Positions 7,057 through 17,900 of a stretch of 35,209 nt of DNA are shown in pieces. The stretch lies in IMG/VR virus record IMGVR_UViG_3300032087_003848. One strand, 5' to 3'. Numbering within the stretch: position 1 is the stretch's first letter; every line of letters starts with the position of its first letter. This stretch comes from an uncultured virus (IMG/VR IMGVR_UViG_3300032087_003848) (taxonomy: Duplodnaviria > Heunggongvirae > Uroviricota > Caudoviricetes). The notes beneath the pieces are model-generated. The model searched no databases and was not told the origin of the DNA. It saw only the letters and a list, made by a program, of their open reading frames with translations. The position numbers were made by a program, and so were the translations under genes.

Positions 7057-10000
7057 AATTGTTCCTCCAACAAATCAGAATAGACAATAGTAGTGCCTGC
7101 CGTGAATCCCATTGTAGCGGCAGCAGTATTTAACGGTGTGGAGAAACCTAATGTAAACGCAGTGCCACTTGTTGTTCTCTTTCTTACCTTAATTCTAATC
7201 GGCTTGATTTTAATTTCTTCAAAGAAATCAGATGATTTACTTGGCTCCTTGAAGGTTTTAGTTCTTCTTAATCCTCTAATATTTTTATTTTCTAGAAGCA
7301 ATTCACCAAATCTATCTTCTAAGCCCTTATTATTTTCTCCTAATTTTAGTTTAGTCAATCCTGTTATAGAATATTCTTTTTCGACTATAATAAATTCGCC
7401 ACGTCTTTTGTTTGTTTCTGCTAATAAGAATGAGCCTTCTAATTCTATTACATCACCCGGCTTCAAAACAAATAGTCCTCTTCCACTGACTTCAACTTCA
7501 ATTGTTTCTCCTATTTTACTATGCACTTTTAGTAAATTACTTGCTCTTATATCGGCTTCTTCTTGAGTATATATGTCTTCATCTGTAATTTCTAAAGTCT
7601 TTTTGCCATTTTCCTTTATGCTTCTAATATCTTTACGAACAGATTTTATGTTTCTTCCATACACAATAACTTCATTAAAACTGTCAAATAATTTTTTTCC
7701 GTTTTTTACACTTCTGATATTATATTTTGAGTCTCTATCAGAAATTTTTATTTTAGGTCTATTTAGTGCTGAATTGTTATCTCTAAGAATAAATTTTTTG
7801 TCATATGATATTCTTCTATCTTTTCGGCTAAGTAATGAATTTGCAGCAGTTAATAAACTAACTCCCCTAAACTCAGGAGAAACAAACACAGGATATTCCG
7901 TTAAATTTTGTTTGGTGAATTCTAATCCTTCATCTTCAAATATATCATTAAGTAAGTCATCAGTCTCAAAACAAACATTTGCACCGCAACCTATTGTTGC
8001 GATATCATAATCACCTTTTATATTTTCAAGTATTTTTAATGAAAATATTTCTCCTATTGAAACTGCTCCAACCATCTCTGCCATTTTAGTAAATGTTAAT
8101 TGATGAGTATTGAAACTAGAAATAGAAACTACGTTAATATCAGTTTTTAATTTATTTTCGCCATCTGTCATTCCCGCAGTAAAATTATCTCCATTGTCTA
8201 GTAGGCCGCTAATATCAGTTTGATTTCTATATACTAAGTGCGAACCACTGCCTTTATTGCTTGGGTCGGCAATAATATACATTGATAATACTCCTTCACC
8301 GTGACCTGTATTTTCATAAGTTTTACTACCATTTCCTCTATCTTCAGTTTCTGTTTTCGGTCCTTTCGTATTTCTGTATTTATAGGATTTGATTTCAGAG
8401 TAACATTCCTCATCATATGGCTTCTTTGTAAATGTTGGTGACAAACAGTATGTCTTGATAGTCTTAGGACTAAAATTATAAAATGTATTTTCTGCAACTC
8501 TCATGATTTTATACGCACTACTAACAGATGCAGCATTATCTATTACTATTTCGTGCCTAGTATCAGTAGCCGTTCTTGTGATTGTATGTGAAATAACATA
8601 ATGTATTCTTTGTGGGATGGATTCACCCGTTCCTCTTAATGATTTTTCACCTGCTGCTGAATCAGTGCTTTCAAAATCATCTTCGTTACTAGCGTTTTGT
8701 CCATAAGCCTTTCCACTAAAACTAACTAGATAACAGCCTGTTAGATTAGGCGCAAAATTAAGCCATATGTTTTTAAGTTGGCCTCCCGAACCATCAGGAT
8801 TAACTGTAAATGAGTATTTTTTACAGTTAGTGCTATCTCCCACTGCTTTTACAGTATGAGAACCTGTAAACATATTAGTTCCATCCTGCGTTGTAAATAA
8901 TAAATACGGTTTGAATAACATGTATGCTCCATCTGCTTGAAATGGTGTTTCCCCGTCTTTGGAAACCTTACCACTTCCTGTATAATGAGCGAACCCTTGT
9001 TGCGATTTTCTTCCTAGCATTAATTTATGAGGGTGTGTAGCACTTACATTACTTTCAGCATGAAAGTTATTTAGTAAAGGAGCATGGTCAACAATCATTG
9101 AAGAAGTCATACCTGCACTAACAGAGGCTTGCCCTCCATCTTCAATATCATATCTATCTAAAAATACAGGAAGTGTTTGGGCGTATGTATTTCTTTCTTG
9201 TAACCTAGATATTGACTTAAGCACTTCAGACTTGTGAGTATTTCCATCTGTGCGAATTAAAGATTCATCTCCGACTTCAGCATATTGAACATTTCTCATA
9301 GGATTGATGGCTTTTCCACTTGCGGTTGCGGTTTGTAATTTATCAAACAAAAATAATCTTTCCATAACAACAGTGCTACTGCTATACGTCTGACTTGTTG
9401 TTCTTCCTAAATAATGACCTGCTTCGGTAAATAGATGATACTGTTCATTTGCCGTCAAAACAGGAGTTCCTGTTAAAACTAAATTTACATTATTACCATT
9501 GTTTACTGCTTGTCCGGTATCAATTTTTAGTTGCGTTCCCCCGCTATCCACTAAATTAGCCCTTGTTGGTAACGATGTTGGAACACTAAATACAGGCGGT
9601 AAAGCAATATCAAATAATTCGGCTTCTGCCGACGCTATGTTATCAGTAAGACTAAAAGTATGGGCCGTTGTTGCCGACCCGCCTGTTATATTATTCGGCA
9701 AAAAGTCTTCATGATACTCATCATCATCATCTTCAGCATATCCATCCATACCATTTCTTCTTCCAAATAACTCATTTTGGAACACTGCTCCTTTTATCAT
9801 GTGTAAAGGCTGATTAAACATATCAACAAATGTATCTTTGCTACCATGTCCTTGAATATACAAACCCGGAGCATTCGCATCAATAGCATATATTACAGTT
9901 AAACTTCCCTTTATGTTATCATCATTAGCATACGGACCTTCTCCGCCCGATGCGGAATCAAAATCAATTGTAGCACCATATGTTTGAGCAAAAGAAGTGC

Positions 10001-13000
10001 CAATCCAATTTCCGTTATCAGTATAAAATCTATACCCTTTTGAATTGTCTAAATTATTTGGGGCAGCATTCAGTGTTATTGAATCAGCACCGTAGTCTGA
10101 ACTCGCTAAAGTAACATCTGAACCTCCCGAATCCACAACTTTGAAAAGATTACCCATAGTATTTTCTCGTTGTAAATCAATAGTTTTTTCTTTATCGGGT
10201 AAATTTTCAGCATCAACTGAATTAAAATGCCAATCTAATGTCATTTCAACTAATCTTAGCATTGTAAATTTTTTAAGATTGTTAATACTAGGTCCACTTA
10301 AAATCTGAGCCAATTGTGTTTCATCATCTGTATTAGATATAGATGAGCCTCCCCCTAAAGATTTAGTGTGTGAAGAAGAAACTTCTGATTCGTTTCCATT
10401 TCTTTGTAATAAAATACTAAAATCACTTAAGTCTCTAGAACCATAATATAGGCTTGTTTTTCTTAAATCAGATTCCGGTAATAAATCACAGGTAGTAAAC
10501 AAAAAATTGCGGGAAACTTTAGAATCAAATTGTTGTAAATTTCTTTCCCAATTTCTTTCTCCCCCAACATATTCATTAGACATATATCTTCTTTTAGGAG
10601 AAGTATTTCCTGTTAGATAGTAGTCCCAAAAATTAGTTCCTCTTGATGGGAAATTTCCTCTTTTCTCAAACATACCTTGCTTTGCATGTAAATCAGTAAA
10701 GTCATCCTTTCGAGAATTAGTTATTGTTGGAACGCTAGTAACATATCCATTTTTAAATCTATAAGCAGAAGCATAGTAATTGGTTTTACTAGATAAATCA
10801 TAATATGCACCTACTTCCTTTTGATTTGTAGTATTGAGTTTCTTTATTGGATATTCATTAAAGACATTGTAGTTTCCTTTCTCTAAATCTAAGAATCTAT
10901 AATATGGTGGCCCATATCTAGTTATGTAATCAGTAGTTACCGTTGATGAAAGAGTATCGTGTATGTGGATATTAAAAGGAAGCAATCCCTTTGTGTTACT
11001 TATTATAGGACTAGCCTTTTGAATTAAAGAAGAAGGTTTATTGATAAAATACATATCAGTAGTATCTTTATCAGTAAGTGCCCATATTTGGTGACTACTA
11101 GAACTTGAAGCACTTATTGTTATTTCTCTATCTAACACCAAATAATGATGAGTTCCGCCCAAATCAGAAACAGACCTAATAAAATAGCCCATAAATGTAA
11201 ATTCACCTGTGGAAACTTCCTTAACGAATACAGGGTCATTTCTTTTAAAGACTCCATCTATTCCTGCGCCTGTGGTTAAATAGGGTCTGTTTGTAAGATA
11301 GTGAGGATAAGATGAACCTGTTATAGTAAGACTTGTATTTGCTAGAGTCATATTATCTGCATCATAAGTATCGTTTTCATCAACCCTTCCTAGATATAGT
11401 CCTACTCTTGGTGCTAATTGAAAAACGGTATTTTTATCCTCAGTTTTTTTAGACATAATTACAAAGTCACTCAAGCCGTTTACTACATCGTCTTCCAAAT
11501 AGTTTCCACTAACGTCATCCTTTAATCTAGATTGAAATGCTCTATCCTTTTTGATATTTGTAATTCCTTCAAAGTTATACCCTATTGCTCCCGTTGTAGT
11601 ATTTTTTGATGAGCCTGCTAATATTCCGCTTTTTGCACCCGAAGAATCAACAGTTATTCCCCCGTTAAAGAACACTCCTTTGTTTGATGCCCCATGTAAT
11701 GAACTAACACTTTCTGAATTTTTAGTGCTAGCCTGTAATGCCTTCTTAAAAGTAAATGGTTTTTTATCTTGTATGTATAATGCTGAAGATGAAGCCAATT
11801 TAACACAACTTCCAAATTCTAAAGTTAATGTGGTGCTATCATGACCACTTTGTATTATACCTATGAAGTTTTTATTTGTGTCAAATATAGCGTCCCCTAC
11901 TGATAGTGATGCTATAACTCCACTAATTGATATGCTTGTGCTATTAATATCCTTATCAGACGATACTGTAACAGAAACACCCCCGCTTGTTTCTGCTGCT
12001 TTAATATTCTGTAAAGGAGAAATAGATGAATGTATTATATCCTGTGTAAATAAAGTATTTTTATTTATTATAGGAGAAACTAATTTGCGTATATCATCTC
12101 TCCCCACTACTTCTATTACGGGTTGACCATTATCAAAATCTTTACTTATTTCCTCAACTGCCCCATTAAATAATTCCAACTCCACTGAACATTTACCAAA
12201 CGCATAGTCTAAACTTGTAAAAGAGTTTACTGTATTTTCCCTATAATGTGTTTTTTCAGGTTCTAATCTAAAACAACTATGAACCCTATCTCCAAATAAA
12301 ACTCTTACAGTTCTGCTAGTATAATTTACATCATTAAATAAAACAACTGCATTATTATACCTAGAATCTGTATAAGAAGATAAAGTAACCCCGTTTATTT
12401 TATATGTAAAAGAATCAACATCAAGAGGTAAAATGTGGCTTGTTAATGCACTTAATCCTGTGTAAGTAACATCAGTATCTAATTCTAAATTTGTCATCAA
12501 AGTTTTTGTTATAGGCGACCACTTTCTTCGATATATTTTATCTCCGGCTGAGAAAGGTGCTGAAGACCTAACCGAAAAAAAAGTTTCACTTTCTAAACGC
12601 CATTTATTATTACAAACTACCGTGTGTAAATTACTAGACGGGGCAGAAATACTATCAACGAAACCTATGTAATTACCTATTTTTATTTCTTCATTTTGTC
12701 CCCATAATACTCTAGCATCATAATCGCCTTGAGTTTTAAACTTTAGATTAGTGCTTCCGCTAGTAATCGAATCTAAAACCAAATCGGTTTCAAACCAACC
12801 ACTCAAATTTATTTCTTCTATTTGTTCTCTAATTACTAAATCGTCTTGAACATTATTTTTTAAAGAAAATACATTTTTTATGTCTAATACTTTACATTCT
12901 GCAATACCCGATTTATCAGAAAGAGAATTAAAAATAACACTCTCAAATACATTGTTTTCTCTATTTAAAATATTAGGCGAATCTTCATAATGAAGGTAGG

Positions 13001-13949
13001 TTGTTGGTCCTGTAAAATCATCTAAGGGTGTATTATCATCTGATTGTCTTCTAGCGTTTAATGCCCAAGTATTGTAACTATTAGGATTAGGTGTAATAGA
13101 ACCCACATCGTAATACAAATTAGTATCTGTCTGATTATCTGCCGTAGGAGTGTCCATTAATTTTCTATTATCTATTATTTCTGCATTTAAAGTAAACTTA
13201 CTTTTATCTATGACTCTAAATTTTGCGCTTTGCTTAGTAGTAAAGGTTGAAATTGTGTTTAAAGTGATAGAAGTAGTAGTAGTCCCTCTAGCATAACATA
13301 ATTTGTATTTTGTATTGTGGTCTAGTTGATTCTTTTTATCTAGCCTGTCATTGTAAAAATGAAATAGAGGTTTAGAAACCATAAGATTGTCATTATGTCT
13401 TGTATCTGCACTTGCGCCTTTTAACAATAAACCGGCAGTTACGGCAACTACTGAAGTATCAGTTATAGTTGGTCCTCTAAATACAATAAATTTAGTGCCT
13501 TTTGGTATTTCATTACCTAACTTAGGAGTAAATTCTAACGCATCACCTAATACATCATCCGTAACTACTTCAGTAATTTTAGCAAAATGATGTTGTTTTA
13601 TTTCATCAGCATAGATTAAAATAAAGTAATCATAAGTAGTTAAGTCCACTGTGTTGAATTGTTGGCCTTCATTATTTTGTTTTCTAAATGCTTTTACTCT
13701 ATAACCGGGCGTATTTTCTAAATTTTCATTATAGTTATCATATGTCCCCGTTGTAATTTTTTCCATAGTGGTAGGTGTGCTATTATCGTTTCTTATTTCA
13801 GCACATATATATTCGTTGCCGGGAGAAACATTGTATCTAATTACGGGATTAGTAGGGCAGTCATGATTAATATTGTTGCCTGTATCTCCCCAAGTAGTAT
13901 TTATTCCTGTGCCGCTATGCACACCCTCTTTCATAACATATAATGACAT
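7053..13949 (-). CDS. Giant (2298 aa) tail tip / baseplate hub protein
   Basis: Hub-like FNGAVEEI...IEVVGRD and C-terminal NEVIVYG...SIKENGKKTLEITD...LKPGDVIEL; downstream of TMP and Dit-like genes. Confidence 0.7.
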   Translation of the reverse strand: MSLYVMKEGVHSGTGINTTWGDTGNNINHDCPTNPVIRYNVSPGNEYICAEIRNDNSTPTTMEKITTGTYDNYNENLENTPGYRVKAFRKQNNEGQQFNTVDLTTYDYFILIYADEIKQHHFAKITEVVTDDVLGDALEFTPKLGNEIPKGTKFIVFRGPTITDTSVVAVTAGLLLKGASADTRHNDNLMVSKPLFHFYNDRLDKKNQLDHNTKYKLCYARGTTTTSITLNTISTFTTKQSAKFRVIDKSKFTLNAEIIDNRKLMDTPTADNQTDTNLYYDVGSITPNPNSYNTWALNARRQSDDNTPLDDFTGPTTYLHYEDSPNILNRENNVFESVIFNSLSDKSGIAECKVLDIKNVFSLKNNVQDDLVIREQIEEINLSGWFETDLVLDSITSGSTNLKFKTQGDYDARVLWGQNEEIKIGNYIGFVDSISAPSSNLHTVVCNNKWRLESETFFSVRSSAPFSAGDKIYRRKWSPITKTLMTNLELDTDVTYTGLSALTSHILPLDVDSFTYKINGVTLSSYTDSRYNNAVVLFNDVNYTSRTVRVLFGDRVHSCFRLEPEKTHYRENTVNSFTSLDYAFGKCSVELELFNGAVEEISKDFDNGQPVIEVVGRDDIRKLVSPIINKNTLFTQDIIHSSISPLQNIKAAETSGGVSVTVSSDKDINSTSISISGVIASLSVGDAIFDTNKNFIGIIQSGHDSTTLTLEFGSCVKLASSSALYIQDKKPFTFKKALQASTKNSESVSSLHGASNKGVFFNGGITVDSSGAKSGILAGSSKNTTTGAIGYNFEGITNIKKDRAFQSRLKDDVSGNYLEDDVVNGLSDFVIMSKKTEDKNTVFQLAPRVGLYLGRVDENDTYDADNMTLANTSLTITGSSYPHYLTNRPYLTTGAGIDGVFKRNDPVFVKEVSTGEFTFMGYFIRSVSDLGGTHHYLVLDREITISASSSSSHQIWALTDKDTTDMYFINKPSSLIQKASPIISNTKGLLPFNIHIHDTLSSTVTTDYITRYGPPYYRFLDLEKGNYNVFNEYPIKKLNTTNQKEVGAYYDLSSKTNYYASAYRFKNGYVTSVPTITNSRKDDFTDLHAKQGMFEKRGNFPSRGTNFWDYYLTGNTSPKRRYMSNEYVGGERNWERNLQQFDSKVSRNFLFTTCDLLPESDLRKTSLYYGSRDLSDFSILLQRNGNESEVSSSHTKSLGGGSSISNTDDETQLAQILSGPSINNLKKFTMLRLVEMTLDWHFNSVDAENLPDKEKTIDLQRENTMGNLFKVVDSGGSDVTLASSDYGADSITLNAAPNNLDNSKGYRFYTDNGNWIGTSFAQTYGATIDFDSASGGEGPYANDDNIKGSLTVIYAIDANAPGLYIQGHGSKDTFVDMFNQPLHMIKGAVFQNELFGRRNGMDGYAEDDDDEYHEDFLPNNITGGSATTAHTFSLTDNIASAEAELFDIALPPVFSVPTSLPTRANLVDSGGTQLKIDTGQAVNNGNNVNLVLTGTPVLTANEQYHLFTEAGHYLGRTTSQTYSSSTVVMERLFLFDKLQTATASGKAINPMRNVQYAEVGDESLIRTDGNTHKSEVLKSISRLQERNTYAQTLPVFLDRYDIEDGGQASVSAGMTSSMIVDHAPLLNNFHAESNVSATHPHKLMLGRKSQQGFAHYTGSGKVSKDGETPFQADGAYMLFKPYLLFTTQDGTNMFTGSHTVKAVGDSTNCKKYSFTVNPDGSGGQLKNIWLNFAPNLTGCYLVSFSGKAYGQNASNEDDFESTDSAAGEKSLRGTGESIPQRIHYVISHTITRTATDTRHEIVIDNAASVSSAYKIMRVAENTFYNFSPKTIKTYCLSPTFTKKPYDEECYSEIKSYKYRNTKGPKTETEDRGNGSKTYENTGHGEGVLSMYIIADPSNKGSGSHLVYRNQTDISGLLDNGDNFTAGMTDGENKLKTDINVVSISSFNTHQLTFTKMAEMVGAVSIGEIFSLKILENIKGDYDIATIGCGANVCFETDDLLNDIFEDEGLEFTKQNLTEYPVFVSPEFRGVSLLTAANSLLSRKDRRISYDKKFILRDNNSALNRPKIKISDRDSKYNIRSVKNGKKLFDSFNEVIVYGRNIKSVRKDIRSIKENGKKTLEITDEDIYTQEEADIRASNLLKVHSKIGETIEVEVSGRGLFVLKPGDVIELEGSFLLAETNKRRGEFIIVEKEYSITGLTKLKLGENNKGLEDRFGELLLENKNIRGLRRTKTFKEPSKSSDFFEEIKIKPIRIKVRKRTTSGTAFTLGFSTPLNTAAATMGFTAGTTIVYSDLLEEQL

Positions 13950-15061
13950 TACAAATCCACCTCTTCAAATGTTAAGAACATTAAATTGTTTTCAGCAGTG
14001 GGTTTCAAAACGCCGGAATCAAAAGACGATATCGTTCCTTTTGAATAAGACATTTCATGAAATACGCCATAAAATTGTTTATTACTAACTGCCATGTTAG
14101 TGGGTATTCCCGATTGTCTTGGAAAAACATTAGCCCCATTTGCCCCTAAAAATAAATCTTCTGCATCTAATTGAAAATCAGTAGTTTCTGTTCTATCAAC
14201 TGATTTAATTATTCGCCCGTTGTATAATATGCTGAGAGTCCTTCTTACATTATTGTATGTTACTCCTATATGACACACGTCATTAACATAGGTTGCTTCT
14301 TTTAGTGCTTCTCTATATATGCGTTGACTATTAAGAGAAGAAGGAGTCTTACTCAATGTAACCGTTGTTCCGCTTAAATTAGTAATTCTTCCTATATTTA
14401 CTGAATTAAATCCATTTCTAGTAAACAGTAATTCTCCTAAATTATACACACTAGAGGCGGGTGAAAATCCCGAAGTAAATGTATTACCTCCACCATGAGC
14501 CGAACTTCCTAAAGACTCTATAGATTTATGAGTTAATCTTCCATCCGTATTGAATATACCCAAAGAATCTGATAGTGTAATAGGTTGAGTTACTGAAGGA
14601 TTAATTATTGTGTCGCTAGTTAAAGTAGTTGTAGTTGAACCTGTTGTTAATTCAACTTTAATTTTATATGTGGCGGGATTATTGTAATTCAAAGTATCAG
14701 TATAATTTGAACCTGTGGTATAAGAATCATTTACTAAGAAAATTTTCAATTTAGTGCTATGAAATATAGTCATTTCATGACCCGCACCCACATAACTCTT
14801 CACGGAAAAGTGACCTGCATTAGGCATGGTCTTCTTTGAAGTAGTGACATCCAAACCGCTACCATTTGTTTCATAAGGAGTAATTAAAGCATCAAATGTA
14901 AATGAACCTTGATGACCCCATATTCCGTAAGGTTGGTCTGTTGTTGTTAAAGAATCACCTTCAATATCCGGTATATTATCGGAGTAATCTATTTTAACAC
15001 AACCATTACACATTATAGGAAACACTAATCCTTTTTTATTTCCTATTGTTAATGTCTGCAT
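13949..15061 (-). CDS. Virion protein with LamG/concanavalin-A-like domain
   Basis: FTFDALITP, HIGVTYN...ILYNG, LFLGANG, FYGVFHEM. Confidence 0.75.
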   Translation of the reverse strand: MQTLTIGNKKGLVFPIMCNGCVKIDYSDNIPDIEGDSLTTTDQPYGIWGHQGSFTFDALITPYETNGSGLDVTTSKKTMPNAGHFSVKSYVGAGHEMTIFHSTKLKIFLVNDSYTTGSNYTDTLNYNNPATYKIKVELTTGSTTTTLTSDTIINPSVTQPITLSDSLGIFNTDGRLTHKSIESLGSSAHGGGNTFTSGFSPASSVYNLGELLFTRNGFNSVNIGRITNLSGTTVTLSKTPSSLNSQRIYREALKEATYVNDVCHIGVTYNNVRRTLSILYNGRIIKSVDRTETTDFQLDAEDLFLGANGANVFPRQSGIPTNMAVSNKQFYGVFHEMSYSKGTISSFDSGVLKPTAENNLMFLTFEEVDL

Positions 15062-15065
15062 ATTA

Positions 15066-15797
15066 TCACACCGTAAATGCTATTTCAAATTCTAAAGTAA
15101 AACTTATGCTACTTGGGTCTGCCGCAGCAAAATCTGTTGAAAAACTTCTAACAAATCCTTTTAGTCCCGTAGCGGTTTGTGAATCAGGAAAATCAGTAAC
15201 TAATAAAATAGCACCTTGATTATCTAAAGTATTATCATATCCTCTAGCAGCATATGTAAATGGAATTAAATTAGAAGACCTATCCGAGTTTCTATATTGA
15301 TATCTGCTATTCACTTTAGAGTCCATCAGAAAAATCAACTCATTCATATTTTGCATATCTTGAAATGTAGTCCCATCTGTATTAGAGTGTATTAATTGAG
15401 CAACTTCTTCCTTTGTCATATCTATTGTTAATACCTCATCCACAAGTTGAGGATTCATGTCACTTTCAGCAAATGTTCCTGCTGCTCTTGAAGCAGTAGG
15501 CGTATTTTCTGAGGCATCATAAAACTCCGGTCCTGTATCGTCAAATTTTCTTTTGATAGTTTGGTCAACTATAATTCCTGTAACGGAAACAGTCTTACTA
15601 GCCATACCTAAATTTAACGCCACTGTTCTAGATTCACCACTAAACATACCGGATAAAGGAACGTCAAAAGATGGAACTGTCTTAGTGGTTGATACACTAA
15701 TGCTTTCTGCTTTTAGTGCAACAGTATTTATTCCTAAGTTATCACTATCATAAGAACCTAGTTTTAGATATACATAGTGCGTTCCATCTGCCGTCAT
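15066..15797 (-). CDS. Distal tail (Dit-like) protein
   Basis: Immediately after TMP; beta-rich, ends GFVRSFS...ISFTLEFEI. Confidence 0.55.
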   Translation of the reverse strand: MTADGTHYVYLKLGSYDSDNLGINTVALKAESISVSTTKTVPSFDVPLSGMFSGESRTVALNLGMASKTVSVTGIIVDQTIKRKFDDTGPEFYDASENTPTASRAAGTFAESDMNPQLVDEVLTIDMTKEEVAQLIHSNTDGTTFQDMQNMNELIFLMDSKVNSRYQYRNSDRSSNLIPFTYAARGYDNTLDNQGAILLVTDFPDSQTATGLKGFVRSFSTDFAAADPSSISFTLEFEIAFTV

Positions 15798-15801
15798 ATA
15801 A

Positions 15802-17688
15802 TCACCTGCTCATGCTTGAAGATGTGTTTCTATTAATTTCTCTATTGATAATGTTCGCAACCTTTTGGGCTATCTTTCTTATTTCTCCGTCGCTAGTGCC
15901 ACTTGCATTTACTGTTACATTGATGACATTACCGCCGCCCCTATTTTGATTCACCATTTTTTGCGAATCTTCATTACTATGAACTCTAGAACCCTTTGGA
16001 AGACTGACTATTTCCGGCCCTTTCTCTCCAACAACCTGTAATGGAGTAGTTACAGGACCACCTTCAGCAAGGAAATCAAAATATTTAGCGATAGCATAGA
16101 TAATATATCCTGCTAAAGCCATCATGTATGCAGGAGTCCCTTTCAATTTATCTATGTAACTCCATGCTACCCATAAACCAAGAAAAATACCAAATAATGC
16201 TAGTGCTTTTGCTACATTTTTACTTGCCCAATTAAATCCGGCAGTGAATAATTCGTTTGCTAAAGATAATGCTAAACCAAGCGAGGCCGTCAATAGAATA
16301 CCAAGACCGGTTGCTACTGTTAAGGCAAGAGTCCCCATAAACATTAAACCATGCATAAGAATTTTTTCTAAGTCGCCTTTCATTAACGCATTAATAAATT
16401 CAATAAACTGTTCATACATTTCCACTATTACTGTTCCAAAAAAATCTCGGAGTGTTTCTATTATAGGATAAATAGCGTCATATGCATCTTCAAGATACGG
16501 CTTAATGAAATTAAATACTGCCATCGCTATGCCTATAAATAGAGTAGCCATAAAGATAAATTTCAATGCAAGTCCTGTAAATTTAACAACTGAGAACAAT
16601 CCCTGCCCTACTGCTTTAAATCCTTCAGCAAAAATGTTCTTATGTATTTTTAACTGCTTAATTTGTTTTTCAGCATTATCTCTTACTTCATTAGCAGCCT
16701 CTTCATTTTTTATTGCATAATCTAATTGACTTTCTAGTATTCTTCTTCTTTTTTGAAAATCTTCTTGGCTTTCTTGAACAGTAATTTCAAATGTTTTATT
16801 ACTCTGAATCTGCCTTTGCATTTCTTCTTCAAATCTATATGCATCAGTTAATTGCTTTTGCATATCTTCTATTCTTTTAGCAAACTTTGCAGGGGATTCT
16901 CCTGCAAGTGCCTTTCCTCCTTTTCTCTTCTTTGACGATTTTTTTGGGCCTGCTGCCTTCGCCTTTTCTAATTTCTTTTCCAATTCTTCTCTTGCTTTCA
17001 GTGCGTCTTCTTGTTGTTTATAGAAAACTTGCATTTCGGATGCGGCTCTTTGTTGTGTTTTAATTAAGTTTTTTGGACCTTGTTCTTGTAACTCTTGTAA
17101 TTGTCTTTCTCTATGTATTCTTTCCTCTGTTGCTACCTTTACTTGATGAACAAGCCCGTCTTCTTGGAGCATCAATTCTTTTAATTCTTTTCTTTTTTGT
17201 CTTCTCATAACTGCTTCTTCTCGAGTATAACCTAAAGTGGTTTTATATCCTCTAATTAAAGTAGTGAATATATTGTTTTGAACTTCAGCATCTTCTCCCG
17301 ACTTTCCCGAAACTGCAAGCATGGCTTGATTTACTGCTAGAATAGATGTCGAAAATTTATTTACTAATCGGAAAGCACCCGGAGGGAGAAAACCATATAC
17401 AATTTTTCTAGCGGTTTTTGCTCTTAAGCCGAAAACTTTAGTTTCATCTGAGGTTGAAGTTAAAACATCATAAAACCTTGCCATCTTTTTACTAGCAAAT
17501 TCAGTGTTATCAGCAGATTGAATCACTGCCTTAGCATTTTTCTTTTCGGCTTTTTCATTTAATTTCTTAAGTTTAGTTTGACGTTCCTCTAATTTATTGA
17601 GGCCTTCCATCGCTTTAATCTGCTTTTCAAGAGCAATAGTCAATTTGTTAATTGATTCCTCCATCTGCGCGATTTTACCCATAAACAT
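15802..17688 (-). CDS. Tape measure protein
   Basis: Follows the tail chaperone; coiled-coil plus hydrophobic helices; C-terminal LAEGGPV...VVGEKGPEIV motif; start probably ATG 17688 (TGATG overlap). Confidence 0.8.
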   Translation of the reverse strand: MFMGKIAQMEESINKLTIALEKQIKAMEGLNKLEERQTKLKKLNEKAEKKNAKAVIQSADNTEFASKKMARFYDVLTSTSDETKVFGLRAKTARKIVYGFLPPGAFRLVNKFSTSILAVNQAMLAVSGKSGEDAEVQNNIFTTLIRGYKTTLGYTREEAVMRRQKRKELKELMLQEDGLVHQVKVATEERIHRERQLQELQEQGPKNLIKTQQRAASEMQVFYKQQEDALKAREELEKKLEKAKAAGPKKSSKKRKGGKALAGESPAKFAKRIEDMQKQLTDAYRFEEEMQRQIQSNKTFEITVQESQEDFQKRRRILESQLDYAIKNEEAANEVRDNAEKQIKQLKIHKNIFAEGFKAVGQGLFSVVKFTGLALKFIFMATLFIGIAMAVFNFIKPYLEDAYDAIYPIIETLRDFFGTVIVEMYEQFIEFINALMKGDLEKILMHGLMFMGTLALTVATGLGILLTASLGLALSLANELFTAGFNWASKNVAKALALFGIFLGLWVAWSYIDKLKGTPAYMMALAGYIIYAIAKYFDFLAEGGPVTTPLQVVGEKGPEIVSLPKGSRVHSNEDSQKMVNQNRGGGNVINVTVNASGTSDGEIRKIAQKVANIINREINRNTSSSMSR

Positions 17689-17900
17689 CACTTTACCTTT
17701 TTAGTAGCCTTGTCAATTTCTTCTGCTTCTAATTTTTTGTATTCCATATGTATATTTAACATATCCGATACTAATGATGCGGGCATCCTATACACTTCTA
17801 ACGGGCTTATGTGAAAAGCCTGTGCTATTGTATAAACGATAAATTTGGAGGTATCTTCCGGTTCTATTTTACCGGTTCTAACGGCCCTCCTTATTCTTCG
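17688..17900 (-). CDS. -1 frameshift extension (gpT-like, 70 aa) of the tail assembly chaperone
   Basis: Open -1 frame RRIRRAVRTGKIEPEDTSKFIVYTIAQAFHISPLEVYRMPASLVSDMLNIHMEYKKLEAEEIDKATKKVK* fills the chaperone-TMP gap; no start codon near its 5' end. Confidence 0.85.
   Translation of the reverse strand, partial: RRIRRAVRTGKIEPEDTSKFIVYTIAQAFHISPLEVYRMPASLVSDMLNIHMEYKKLEAEEIDKATKKVK

Noticed and set aside
8234..8497. Same-strand alternative-frame ORF inside the hub gene (likewise 29027..29221 inside MCP)
   Set aside because: Fully nested, with no recognisable motif or evident frameshift signal
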